This document shows positions 30,025 to 39,640 of a stretch of DNA of 64,000 nt, piece by piece. The notes beneath the pieces were generated by a model. That model was not told where the DNA came from. It searched no databases and saw nothing but the letters and a program-made list of their open reading frames with translations. Numbering within the stretch: the first letter of the stretch is position 1; each line of letters starts with the position of its first letter. The DNA is from Candidatus Woesearchaeota archaeon (lineage in GTDB: Archaea; Nanobdellota; Nanobdellia; Woesearchaeales; GCA-2687795): assembly GCA_002687795.1 (NCBI GenBank), contig NZBG01000034.1:10362-74361 (forward strand), read 5' to 3'. Made by a program: the position numbers and the translations under genes.

Positions 30025-31015
30025 TTTTATTAAGGACTACTGTTCTTTTTTCTTCCGCTGCCTTAAGCGCAGCCTCAGCCATCTCTATTGTTCTCAGGCC
30101 GACATTCCCGTCTATTAGATGCTTTATCCTCTTATTCTTTATACAATCAATGAAATATTTAAGTTCCTCTTTAAGAGGCTCTTTTTTTTCAGTGGACAAT
30201 TTTGTTGACGAACCTTCCTTTGTTATCAACCTGAACCCATCCCAGTTTTTATATTTGGGGAAAATGCCTGAGTTAAATATTTCAATACTGAAATCAATCG
30301 GGTTTATGCTCGCGCTTCTTTTCTCTCCAACAAGCCAGAATTCCCTCAGCTTCTTGGGAGTAAGCCAGCCAACCTGGGCATAGCCTATTGAATTACTGAA
30401 CCTTAAAGACACCACCGCATGATCCTCGAACTTTCTCTTCAAAGGGTGGGATATCGTAGCTGTTATCTCTTCAGGAAAAGGCTCGTCCAATATATAGCAC
30501 ATTATATCCATGTCATGCACAGCATAGTTAAATATAGCGCCTATATCCTCTCTTGGGTTCTTTAGCCCAAGCCTTGACAAAGAAATATAATATACCCTGC
30601 CAAAATTCCCCTTTTTGATTTCCTCTCTTATATAATTCACGGTTGGGTCAAACCTAAACACCTGGCCCACCGCCAGCACAAGGCTTTTTTCTTCAGCAAT
30701 ATCCACTAATTCCTTTCCCTGGCTGGAAGTCATCACAAACGGCTTTTCAACAAGCACATGCTTGCCTGCCTCCAGCGCTTCTTTTGCTATCTTATAATGA
30801 AGCGAAGCCGGGACGCAGATGCTCACAGCGTCTATCTCAGGGCTGTTAATAACCTCCTTGTAATCAGTTGTTAAGCGGGCATTATAAGGCTCCGCAAGCT
30901 TAAGGTTCTCATTGTTTATATCTGAAACAGCCTTAAGCTCAGCCTCTTCTATCTCGCTGTATATCCTTACATGGTTCATGCCCCAAGGCCCTGCTCCGAT
31001 AACTCCTAGTCTCAC
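30008..31015 (-). CDS. Gfo/Idh/MocA oxidoreductase (WbpB-like sugar 3-dehydrogenase)
   Basis: VIGAGPWG, HVLVEKP and AVHDMD. GTG start. Confidence 0.88.
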   Translation of the reverse strand: MRLGVIGAGPWGMNHVRIYSEIEEAELKAVSDINNENLKLAEPYNARLTTDYKEVINSPEIDAVSICVPASLHYKIAKEALEAGKHVLVEKPFVMTSSQGKELVDIAEEKSLVLAVGQVFRFDPTVNYIREEIKKGNFGRVYYISLSRLGLKNPREDIGAIFNYAVHDMDIMCYILDEPFPEEITATISHPLKRKFEDHAVVSLRFSNSIGYAQVGWLTPKKLREFWLVGEKRSASINPIDFSIEIFNSGIFPKYKNWDGFRLITKEGSSTKLSTEKKEPLKEELKYFIDCIKNKRIKHLIDGNVGLRTIEMAEAALKAAEEKRTVVLNKNGNKV

Positions 31016-31021
31016 ATTAAT

Positions 31022-31165
31022 TCACCGTTTTTGGTTTTTGGGTTTTAGAAATTCCCATAATACAATGAATATTATAAAAACAACAAACCAAAAGAAAAGA
31101 AATCCGCCTATATGGCCCATTTCTTTATAGAGGCAGTTCATACAAACATCTTTGAATAAGTCCAT
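31022..31165 (-). CDS. 47-aa single-TM protein with a CxxC motif (not in ORF track)
   Basis: MDLFKDVCMNCLYKEMGHIGGFLFFWFVVFIIFIVLWEFLKPKNQKR. Co-oriented with its neighbours; stop lies 6 nt before the next start. Confidence 0.55.
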   Translation of the reverse strand: MDLFKDVCMNCLYKEMGHIGGFLFFWFVVFIIFIVLWEFLKPKNQKR

Positions 31166-31227
31166 TTTAGTTTTCTGTGAATATAACCGTATTTAAAACC
31201 TTTTCTGTATATTCTGCATAGGATAAC

Positions 31228-32844
31228 TTATTTTATCTTCCTGATAATCTCTACTGCATCCCTTCTCTTAGTGACAGAGGCTTCAGAGGGAAAGTTGTTG
31301 ATATCAGATGCCTGAAAATAGTTTGCGCTTGGAACAAACAGGTATGAGAACTTATCACCAGCTACTATCTTGCCTGGCATCCTTACATTGCTAAGCCTGT
31401 CCACAACTTTTATAGAATCCTCCAAAAAGTAGATTTCCCTTGAAAAGCCTATATCAGTTTTTCTTGATTTCATAACAAGCATATCCCTCAGCCTATTTTT
31501 AATAAAAGAGCTTGCTATTCCTGACCTTCCTATTGTTGCCTGGAACAGCCTCAGGCAGATATTTTTGCCCGGCGCTAAAACATTCTTAGATAGTTTTCTC
31601 ATGCTTCCTTTCAGTTCAAGTTTATTATCTCTATAGAAGAACCTTGCTGCAGAGCCTGACAGCCCGAGGATATAAGACTGACTGCCTGACCTTACTAAGA
31701 CTCCTGAGTCGGTGTATCCTTTCCCTGTTTTCTTAAAGAACACCCTGAATGTCCCCTTATCATAATTCATGATAAAATAGAAGCAAGGATTGCTCAGGAT
31801 GTATATCTTAGACAGCTTGAAATCTTTGGAAAAATTCTCCTCAAACCTTTGCCTCTGCTTTTTTTGGCTGGGCTTCCCGGCAGAGAGAAATGCCTGCAGC
31901 CAGTTGTATGCTATATAGCTCAGGTACCTGTCATCCAGGGAAAAGGGAGACACAGCTTCTTTTTTATTTATTGCTTCCCTTACGAAAGAAGACACAGCGC
32001 CTGCATACCCAGCTTTGCTGCCTTTGCTACTTTTGCGGCCCACAATCTCAAATCCTGAGGGTATAAGATATTCTGTGTTTCTGCTTGCATAGCAGCCTCC
32101 TGCGCTGAGGTCAGGATGAATAAAGTATGATATGAAGCTTACTGCTTTCTCTATTGCTCTCCTTAAATCCATGCTCGGCCTCTTAGCATAATATTTAGCA
32201 AGATAATCAATAGTGAGCGAGAGATAACCTATATCTGGCCCTCCATACTCAAACCACCAGCCTTCCTTTGTCTGGTTCCTGATCAGGTTGTTTACCTTTT
32301 TTTCAGCATCCTTAAGATAGCACTTATTCTTTGTCAGAAGGTATATGTTCAGTTGGGATAGGGCTGATCCTGACTGCTGGTTCTGCACCTTGGGCTCATA
32401 CCTTCCCTTCAGCCAATTGCCTGCCTTTCTCAGGGAAGAGATTACACTATGTCTGTTCCTTATTTTACTGCCCAGGATTAAAAGCGTTTCTGAAACAGCA
32501 TAGGAAGAGAAAGAAGTTGCCACAAAGCTGTGCTCGTTCGGGTACCATTCGCTGAAAGAGCCGTCCTTTGCCTGTATCCTCTCCCAGAAATCTATGCCTG
32601 CATTTATCCATTCCAATATCTTCTTGTTATTATAATATGCATTATCTTTATGCTTGATCTTGTACAGCAAAGCCAGTGTCAGCACAGCCTCCTGTTTCCT
32701 TGCAGAGGGAGTGTCAGTTGTATTATAATGCCAGTATTCCCTGTCAAAACATCCATAGGTTTTCGTCAAAGGGTTTGTATCAAGCAGACCAAGCAGCCTC
32801 GGCATCTGCTCCAATACTTCTCTTAAATAAACATCTTTGTTCAT
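31228..32844 (-). CDS. Uncharacterised glycan-cluster protein, probable (alpha/alpha)-barrel plus beta domain (heparinase II/III-like architecture)
   Basis: YGCFDREYWHY, QAKDGSFSEWYPNE and EYGGPDIGY. The Q..DGS/Q..EGW repeats suggest a helical toroid. Function not assignable. Confidence 0.5.
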   Translation of the reverse strand: MNKDVYLREVLEQMPRLLGLLDTNPLTKTYGCFDREYWHYNTTDTPSARKQEAVLTLALLYKIKHKDNAYYNNKKILEWINAGIDFWERIQAKDGSFSEWYPNEHSFVATSFSSYAVSETLLILGSKIRNRHSVISSLRKAGNWLKGRYEPKVQNQQSGSALSQLNIYLLTKNKCYLKDAEKKVNNLIRNQTKEGWWFEYGGPDIGYLSLTIDYLAKYYAKRPSMDLRRAIEKAVSFISYFIHPDLSAGGCYASRNTEYLIPSGFEIVGRKSSKGSKAGYAGAVSSFVREAINKKEAVSPFSLDDRYLSYIAYNWLQAFLSAGKPSQKKQRQRFEENFSKDFKLSKIYILSNPCFYFIMNYDKGTFRVFFKKTGKGYTDSGVLVRSGSQSYILGLSGSAARFFYRDNKLELKGSMRKLSKNVLAPGKNICLRLFQATIGRSGIASSFIKNRLRDMLVMKSRKTDIGFSREIYFLEDSIKVVDRLSNVRMPGKIVAGDKFSYLFVPSANYFQASDINNFPSEASVTKRRDAVEIIRKIK

Positions 32845-33917
32845 CTTAAAAACACCAGTTTCTTCAAAACAGCAGGATAGGCAAGAGGATTATAAATGAT
32901 ATTATTCTGTATAGCGCACTCAAAGGTGCAGAAGCACTTTGTGTCTTTAATGAATTTTTTTACTTTTCTTCCTTTTGCAGAGAACAAGATTCTCTTGATA
33001 TCATAATTTTCCTGTCTCAGGTCTCCCATCTCCATGCTAAGCAGTTCACAGGGATAAACTTTCCCTGTTTCATTTAATATTACAAACTTGTCTCCAGCTA
33101 CACAAGGCAGAACCATCCTTTTTTGTTTCAATGTCTTTGATATAACATCTCTCATTACCAGTTTTGCTGCCCTGAGAAGTGTCAGGCGGATGTCTTTCCT
33201 TCTGCCCCTCTTCTTAAATGTTCTTTTCTCAACAAACTTTGCAGCCTTTTCATACCCTTCTATAGTCACGTCTTTTGCTATACCTTCCCTTGGGTTGCCC
33301 CTTGTTAAAAGCAGAACATGGTTGTCTATTTTCATATTCTGCTCAACCCAGTTAAAAATATCTTTTATCTTATCCTTGTTAAAGCTTGAATAAACTGTTG
33401 TAACATCTATATTGAAATTCCTGTACTTGCTCCTTAACCTGTCGAGAAGCCTGTATGTTTCTCCGACTTTCTCAAAGTTTCCTTTAACACCCCTTATATC
33501 ATCATGCTCTTTGCCTATACCGTCTATCGATAATGCTATCCTGAATGAAGTGCCGGGGCAGCTCCTGAACATATCTTCTGAGAGCCCTGCTATCCTTTCC
33601 GGCTGGAGAGCATTAGTTGGAACGCTTACAAACTTTACTTTATTGTTCTTAACAAAGGTCTTAACAATCTCCGGCATGTCATCTCTTAATGTAGGCTCGC
33701 CTCCGCTTACAGAAAGATACTGTATATTGTTTAAATTTCTTGATATTTTTTTGATTTCGTCAATGGTCAATTCCTTTTGTTCCTGATGCTTTTCAATATT
33801 TTTCCAGTAGAAGCACATTCTGCAGCGGGAGTTGCACTTAGCTGTAATAAAGAAGATTACATAAGAGGGCGTTTTGCTAAAAAATGATTTTACCAGGCTT
33901 AGGATTTTTGATGCCAT
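32841..33917 (-). CDS. Radical SAM/SPASM-twitch protein
   Basis: CNSRCRMC, SGGEP, SIDG and C-terminal C.AG...G.VYPCE...CFCTFEC. Confidence 0.9.
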   Translation of the reverse strand: MASKILSLVKSFFSKTPSYVIFFITAKCNSRCRMCFYWKNIEKHQEQKELTIDEIKKISRNLNNIQYLSVSGGEPTLRDDMPEIVKTFVKNNKVKFVSVPTNALQPERIAGLSEDMFRSCPGTSFRIALSIDGIGKEHDDIRGVKGNFEKVGETYRLLDRLRSKYRNFNIDVTTVYSSFNKDKIKDIFNWVEQNMKIDNHVLLLTRGNPREGIAKDVTIEGYEKAAKFVEKRTFKKRGRRKDIRLTLLRAAKLVMRDVISKTLKQKRMVLPCVAGDKFVILNETGKVYPCELLSMEMGDLRQENYDIKRILFSAKGRKVKKFIKDTKCFCTFECAIQNNIIYNPLAYPAVLKKLVFLR

Positions 33918-33984
33918 TTTTCTTTTGTTTTCTTCTGTTTCTTTCTATTTTCTTTTTCCTTCTTTTTCTTTTCTTTACAGTTTA

Positions 33985-34968
33985 TTAGAGCTTATCTATA
34001 GGATATGTGACCACTGAATAAATTATTCCCATCCCTATAACAAACGAAAGTAAGTAGCCTATGAAGATTGCATAAAGCATAAAAGATGAACCTTTTTCTT
34101 TAAACGAGAACGCAAAAAAACGAATGTTTCCATATAAAAAGATAATTGCAGATATTGATGTTGATATGACAAAAGGCAAAAACAGGCTCTTCAAGAAGAA
34201 CAAAGACAGCAATGATGACAGGAACAATATCCAGGTTAGAAAACCGAACATTGTTAAAACACCGGTGGATGCAGTTGTTGTTATGTTGTCAAACTTTTTC
34301 TTTTTCAAAAAAAGCCTGAACCAATAATGGCTCCTTTCAAAATATTTTCTTATGCATGTTTTAAGGCTTGGATGGTAATGCTTTCCCTGAATCTTTTTGT
34401 CAAGAACAACCTTATATTTTTCCGTTAGCCTTCTCCCGAATTCATAGTCTTCCATTTGCTTGAACCTTGGATTAAATCCTTCAATCTCATTAAATACGCT
34501 TTTCCTTATTGCCCCAAGCCTTGGTCCGAAGCTGCTGTATTCATCTGTGTTTGCTTTTGTCCAAAACAAATACTTTTGGAGCGAGATATACCAATTAAAC
34601 CAGCTTTTATTTGCAGGCTCTTTTGAATATATCCCGGAAACAGCCATTGTGTTTTTGTCTTCAAAATTCTTAGCCATGAGCCCCATAGCATCCTTATCAA
34701 GCAGAACATCGGAATCAATAAAGATAATAATATCACCTTCAGCATTTTTAACGCCTAAGTTCCTGGCAACGGCTGGCCCGCTGTTTTTACTTAGTTTCAA
34801 TATTCTGCATCTGAACCTTTTAACAATATCTATTGTATTATCAGTTGAGCAGTCATCAACAACAATAACTTCATAATCCCTGAAATCTGAATCGTATACT
34901 GCGCTGAGGCACTCGCCGATGGTGCTTGCTGAGTTATATACAGGTATTATCACAGAGATCTTTTTCAT
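33985..34968 (-). CDS. GT2 glycosyltransferase with C-terminal TM helices
   Basis: SVIIPVYN, VDDCSTD, GPAVARNLG, FIDSD and EDYE. Confidence 0.9.
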   Translation of the reverse strand: MKKISVIIPVYNSASTIGECLSAVYDSDFRDYEVIVVDDCSTDNTIDIVKRFRCRILKLSKNSGPAVARNLGVKNAEGDIIIFIDSDVLLDKDAMGLMAKNFEDKNTMAVSGIYSKEPANKSWFNWYISLQKYLFWTKANTDEYSSFGPRLGAIRKSVFNEIEGFNPRFKQMEDYEFGRRLTEKYKVVLDKKIQGKHYHPSLKTCIRKYFERSHYWFRLFLKKKKFDNITTTASTGVLTMFGFLTWILFLSSLLSLFFLKSLFLPFVISTSISAIIFLYGNIRFFAFSFKEKGSSFMLYAIFIGYLLSFVIGMGIIYSVVTYPIDKL

Positions 34969-35002
34969 TTTTCATTCTGTGAGGCTGCTGCGTTAAAGGC
35001 AG

Positions 35003-36457
35003 CTAACTCCCAAAGAAAACCTCCTTTGCAGATTTTATGATTCTCTTTAATTCCCCGGGACTGCTTATTGACATTATTCTTTTTAAGATATACCCAAACC
35101 TAAGGTAAAACAACCTGTCCGCCTTTTTCACCATTCTTATCTGCTCTTCCACAGGAAAGCCGCTGAGGTTTAGGTTTCCTATGAGCGTTCTTACCCCTCT
35201 TGCCTTGTTGGGAATTTTTTTCATGTACCACAGCTTGTCGCTGAGAACATTGTTCTTAACAGCCCAGTTATACAGTTCAGTATTCGGGTAGGCAACAGTA
35301 ACGCAAAAAAGCACATAGTCAAGCCCAAGAGACTTGGCAAACCTTATTGATTCTTCCGCTGTTTCCTTTGTTTCTCCCGGGTTGCCAATCATGAAATATC
35401 CGCAGACCTTTATATCATGCTTTTTGCAGAGCTTGACTGCGTCAACAATCTGCGGGATTCTAATGTTTTTGTTGATATTATCAAGGATTTTCTGGGAACC
35501 TGATTCTATGCAGAGCTGTATCATATAGCAGCCAGCTGAGCTTATCTGGCCCAGCAGCTCATCGTCAATATGATCTACTCTTGTATTGCATACCCAGTTT
35601 ATCTTGAGCTTTCTTCTTCCTATCTCTTCGCACAGCTTTTTTATCCAGTCTTTATTTACCGTGAAGGTGCTGTCCTTAAACACTATCTGCTTTATTCCAT
35701 AACCATGATAATTCTTTTCTATCTCATCCACCACATTCTCAGGGCTTCTAAGCCTTAACACCCTGCCATGAGTAGCATACTGGTCGCAGAAGCTGCACTG
35801 GTAAGGGCAGCCCCTTGAGCAAACCATTGATGTAAGCGGCAGTGTTTTTGCATAATAGCTGTCATAATCCCCTATATCAATCATGCCTAAGTCAGGGAAA
35901 GGGAGCTCGTCTAAATCAGCAATCCTTTCTCTTGGCAGGTTCCTGATTATTTCCCTGTCTCTTTTATATATCAGGCCTTTAACCTTGTTTAGGTCATCTC
36001 CAAGGCCATCTTTAAGCTCATCTTTTCCCTTAAGGCACTTAAGCAGCTCATGCAAGGTATGCTCCCCTTCCTGGTAAACAGCAAAATCTATTGCATCAGT
36101 AAACCTGAGTATCTCTTCTCTTGTTGAGCTTATATGTGGGCCTCCCACAGCAATAAAAGTCTTAATCTTTTTCTTAACAGCTTCTGCAATCTCCAGGCAT
36201 GAAACCGCCTGGGGTGTCATTATGCTTATACATGTAAGGAGAGGCTTTTCACCAGAAACTATATCCATTATCTGGCTTAAGGAATGCCCCTTAACCTCGA
36301 AATCTATCACCTTCACCTTAAACCCTTTTTCCTTTAAGAACGAAGCAAGATATAATATGCCCAGAGGAGGATAGCTGAACTTTGGCTTTTTCCCAAGCTC
36401 TGTAGGAGGGTAAATAAAGAGAACATCCAGGTTAGAACCATCAGCTGTATTTAGCAT
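35003..36457 (-). CDS. B12-binding-domain radical SAM enzyme
   Basis: PPLGILYLA, GGPHI and SRGCPYQCSFC. The ATG at 36457 follows the nitroreductase stop (the track starts at 36493). Confidence 0.9.
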   Translation of the reverse strand: MLNTADGSNLDVLFIYPPTELGKKPKFSYPPLGILYLASFLKEKGFKVKVIDFEVKGHSLSQIMDIVSGEKPLLTCISIMTPQAVSCLEIAEAVKKKIKTFIAVGGPHISSTREEILRFTDAIDFAVYQEGEHTLHELLKCLKGKDELKDGLGDDLNKVKGLIYKRDREIIRNLPRERIADLDELPFPDLGMIDIGDYDSYYAKTLPLTSMVCSRGCPYQCSFCDQYATHGRVLRLRSPENVVDEIEKNYHGYGIKQIVFKDSTFTVNKDWIKKLCEEIGRRKLKINWVCNTRVDHIDDELLGQISSAGCYMIQLCIESGSQKILDNINKNIRIPQIVDAVKLCKKHDIKVCGYFMIGNPGETKETAEESIRFAKSLGLDYVLFCVTVAYPNTELYNWAVKNNVLSDKLWYMKKIPNKARGVRTLIGNLNLSGFPVEEQIRMVKKADRLFYLRFGYILKRIMSISSPGELKRIIKSAKEVFFGS

Positions 36458-36458
36458 G

Positions 36459-37103
36459 TTAATCAAACCTCTTCTCAAACAGCTTATCAACAAGTGGCTT
36501 GATATGCCTCCTGAAAGGAATCCTATAGTAGCATGCCCTTAAAACCCTTTTAATCATAAGCCTTAAACCGAGTCTGGAAGGCACTTTCTCATTAAACCTA
36601 TACCTGTTATAAGACAACACATCCTTTAGCTCATGCTTTCTTGGCCTTGGCTTTGGCTCTGCATCATAATACCCGAGAGCTATATAGGCCATAGGGTCGT
36701 AATGATGAGGTATCTTCAGTATCCTTCTCATTTCGGCCTTGGTGGGAAGATGGCATATCCAGCAGCCTCCCAGGTTAAAGGAATGCGCTGCAAGAAGAAT
36801 GTTCTGTATAGACGCTGCTGCGCTTTGTATATGGTCTTTGTATTCTATGTTACCCGTCTGGTTGTTATACAAAACCAAAATGCCCAAAGGGGCATCTCTT
36901 ATAAAAGATGCAGCGCCTTTGTTAACAATCTCATGCTTGACTTTGTCATCATCGATTATAATAAACCTCCAGCCCTGGTTGTCGCAGGCTGAGGGCGCCC
37001 AGATAGCAGCCTCTATTATTTTCTCAATAATATGTTTGGGTATTTCTTTCTGGGAAAACCTTCTTACACTCCTTCTGGATTTGATCAGGCTGAGAATATC
37101 CAT
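36459..37103 (-). CDS. Nitroreductase-family flavoprotein
   Basis: RRSVRRF, APSACDNQGW, QNILLAA...LGGCW and IALGY. Confidence 0.9.
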   Translation of the reverse strand: MDILSLIKSRRSVRRFSQKEIPKHIIEKIIEAAIWAPSACDNQGWRFIIIDDDKVKHEIVNKGAASFIRDAPLGILVLYNNQTGNIEYKDHIQSAAASIQNILLAAHSFNLGGCWICHLPTKAEMRRILKIPHHYDPMAYIALGYYDAEPKPRPRKHELKDVLSYNRYRFNEKVPSRLGLRLMIKRVLRACYYRIPFRRHIKPLVDKLFEKRFD

Positions 37104-37114
37104 TTTATTGTGTT

Positions 37115-38026
37115 TTATTTTATTATATATCTTTTAATCCTTGACTTGCCGATTATCATCTCACCCAGCAAGCCTAATGACACAAACTGCATTCCTAATA
37201 TTACTGATAACACGCCTAAAATAAAAAGGTAAGGCACGCTGCCTATTCTTATTCCAAATAAAAACTTTCTGAGGTATAGAAACACTATAACCATGGAGCC
37301 CAGGGAGGAAAGTATTAAGCCCACCCCCCCGAAGAGGTGCATTGGCCTTGTTGAATACTGCATAAGAAACTTTACAGTTATCAGGTCAAGGAACCCTTTC
37401 AGCAGCCTTGATGAGCCATATTTGCTTTTTCCATGGATTCTTTTGTTATGCATAACCTTTACCTCTCCTACCTTAAACCCTTTCCAGTAAGCTATGGAAG
37501 GTATATACCTGTGCAGTTCTCCATAAAGGTTAATATTATCAACAACCTTCTTCTTAAAAGCCTTAAAGCAGCAGTTGGAATCATGCACCCTAACGCCTGT
37601 AAAGAGAGTAACCAGGAAATTAAAAAGCTTTGAAGGAAGCTTTTTCCATAATGTATCGCTTCTTCTGTATCTCCAGCCAACAACAAGGTCAGAATCTTTT
37701 ACTTTCTCTAAGAGCTTTGGTATCTCTCCCGGATCATCCTGCAGGTCTCCGTCCATTGTGATTACAATACTGCCTTTTACATTATCAAACCCTGCTGACA
37801 GGGCTGCTGACTTGCCAAAGTTTCTTTGGAACCTTATTGCCTTAACCTGCTTATCCTTTTGAGATATGTTTTTCAGCTCTAAAAAGGTGTTATCAGTGCT
37901 CCCATCATCAATAAAAATAAGCTCATATTTCTTACCAGTATGCCTAAGAACATCTCTAAGTTTTTGGTAAAGAGGTGCTATATTTCTTTCCTCATTATAG
38001 ACAGGTATTACTATGCTTAAGTCCAT
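37115..38026 (-). CDS. GT2 polyprenol-phosphate glycosyltransferase (ArnC/GtrB-like)
   Basis: PVYNEE, RNFGKSAA, MDGDLQDDP, HRYIP and two C-terminal TM helices. Confidence 0.9.
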   Translation of the reverse strand: MDLSIVIPVYNEERNIAPLYQKLRDVLRHTGKKYELIFIDDGSTDNTFLELKNISQKDKQVKAIRFQRNFGKSAALSAGFDNVKGSIVITMDGDLQDDPGEIPKLLEKVKDSDLVVGWRYRRSDTLWKKLPSKLFNFLVTLFTGVRVHDSNCCFKAFKKKVVDNINLYGELHRYIPSIAYWKGFKVGEVKVMHNKRIHGKSKYGSSRLLKGFLDLITVKFLMQYSTRPMHLFGGVGLILSSLGSMVIVFLYLRKFLFGIRIGSVPYLFILGVLSVILGMQFVSLGLLGEMIIGKSRIKRYIIK

Positions 38027-38134
38027 TTATTCTCCCCCTAAAACATAGGAAGAAAACAGTTTAGGCTATAAAAATGTTTGTTTTTAAATGGTTTTTAAAG
38101 GCTCTAAACCAAAAGATTAAAAATAAGATATAAT

Positions 38135-39640
38135 TTGGTAAATCAGATGGGAGACTATAACAAGATCATCACTCAGACAGGGATATCCTATCTGTTGAGG
38201 GTAGCAAGCATAGCAACAGCCTTTTTCTTGTTTATGATTCTTACAAGAAGGTTTACCCAGCAAACCTTTGGAGTCTATAATATAATAATCATCTCAATAT
38301 CATTACTTTCCCAGATATTAACCCTTGCCTTAAACAAATACATAAACAAAGAGTTTCCCGGAAGAGACAAGGAATACCAAAGGAAAGTTTTTTCAACAAT
38401 ATTTATCTTTATGGTAATGGTATTAATCTTTATTTCATCTTCATTATTGTTAGCAAGCTATTTTCTTGGAAATAATTTCTCGTTCATACAGGATTATGGA
38501 ACTGAGATAAGGCTTTCTATCTTGATTACTTTTTTCTGTGTGCTTTCATACCTTTTCGTCTCATACTTTGTGGGAAACAAGTTAGTGGAAATCAGGAGCC
38601 TTATATCCTATATAACCGAGCATCTCTGGGGCCTGATAATCATAGCAAGCATACTCGTTCTTCCTATAAACCTTAAGAATGTGCTTATAATAAGGCTGAG
38701 TGTTGTGGCTGCACTCTCATTATATCTTATTATATTACTGATCAGAAAGAATATCCTCACCTTTGATATCAAGGAATTTAACAGGACAATACTAAAGACC
38801 GCTTTGGTATTCAGCATTCCTCTGCTGCCTTTCATAGTAAGCAAATGGCTGATAAGCGCAACCGATAAATATATGATACTTTTTTATTTGGGTGCAGAAA
38901 AAGTAGGGCAATACTCTTATGTTTATTCTTTATTAAACATTGTTTACCTTTTTGTTAATATCCTGAACATCGTTATAGGACCCTATATATACCATGCCTG
39001 GAATATAAAGGACAGGATAAAGCTCAACCTTCTGTTGAATCTCCTGCTTAAGTACTGCCTGCTTCTGGGTATTCCTGCCATTATAGGCATATGGATCCTA
39101 GACAAAGAAATAGTTACGCTGGTTTCAGCTTTAAAATATATAAACGTTGTTTCTTTGATACCTTATCTCCTATTATTCCCATTGTTCCTTGTCCTGGCTA
39201 TTGCTCTCCAGCATGTATTAATCATTCAGAATAAAACCAAGCTCATAGGCATCATATACACAGCAGCCGCGGTGTTAAATATAGTGTTAAATATTATTTT
39301 GATCCCGAGACTCGGGATATATGGTGCTGCTATTGCCACAACAATTGCACACTTTTTGGTGTTCATGCTTATTTTCTTAAGTGTAAAGAAAGATATAGAA
39401 TTTAGATTTAATTTCATTAACCTGCATAAAATCCTTATAGCCTCCTTTTTCATGGCTTTTATAATAAACCTCTTCCATCCGGTTAATCTCTTTGCCAAGA
39501 TTTTCACAATAGGGTTAGGGGTATCATTATACGCCGGGGGGCTGTATTTATTAAAGACGTTTTCTAAAAAAGAAATAAGCACTTTCCTTGATTATCTTAG
39601 GGTGTTCAGGGAGAGAGCTAGACAGAAAGAGACCTTATAA
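38135..39640 (+). CDS. MOP-superfamily (Wzx/AglR-like) flippase
   Basis: About 14 TM helices; FGVY, TDKYMI...VGQYS and LNIILIPRLGIYGAAIAT. Start may be ATG 38147. Confidence 0.85.
   Translation: MVNQMGDYNKIITQTGISYLLRVASIATAFFLFMILTRRFTQQTFGVYNIIIISISLLSQILTLALNKYINKEFPGRDKEYQRKVFSTIFIFMVMVLIFISSSLLLASYFLGNNFSFIQDYGTEIRLSILITFFCVLSYLFVSYFVGNKLVEIRSLISYITEHLWGLIIIASILVLPINLKNVLIIRLSVVAALSLYLIILLIRKNILTFDIKEFNRTILKTALVFSIPLLPFIVSKWLISATDKYMILFYLGAEKVGQYSYVYSLLNIVYLFVNILNIVIGPYIYHAWNIKDRIKLNLLLNLLLKYCLLLGIPAIIGIWILDKEIVTLVSALKYINVVSLIPYLLLFPLFLVLAIALQHVLIIQNKTKLIGIIYTAAAVLNIVLNIILIPRLGIYGAAIATTIAHFLVFMLIFLSVKKDIEFRFNFINLHKILIASFFMAFIINLFHPVNLFAKIFTIGLGVSLYAGGLYLLKTFSKKEISTFLDYLRVFRERARQKETL

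Noticed and set aside
29426-30118. 230-aa plus-strand ORF and the many similar antisense ORFs in the track (e.g. 1880-2425, 17178-17696, 41915-42502)
   Set aside because: They overlap well-supported genes on the opposite strand and show no recognisable motifs.
31022-33917. RiPP cluster (small Cys peptide near a radical SAM/SPASM enzyme)
   Set aside because: The peptide is mostly a TM helix. No RRE/PqqD domain, peptidase or exporter is evident, and the context is sugar biosynthesis.
33918-33984. Pyrimidine-rich tract between genes
   Set aside because: Low-complexity spacer (purine-rich on the coding strand) with no regular period or structure.
36459-37103. BluB (DMB synthase) call for the nitroreductase next to a B12 enzyme
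   Set aside because: Only generic nitroreductase motifs are visible and no cobalamin biosynthesis genes are nearby.
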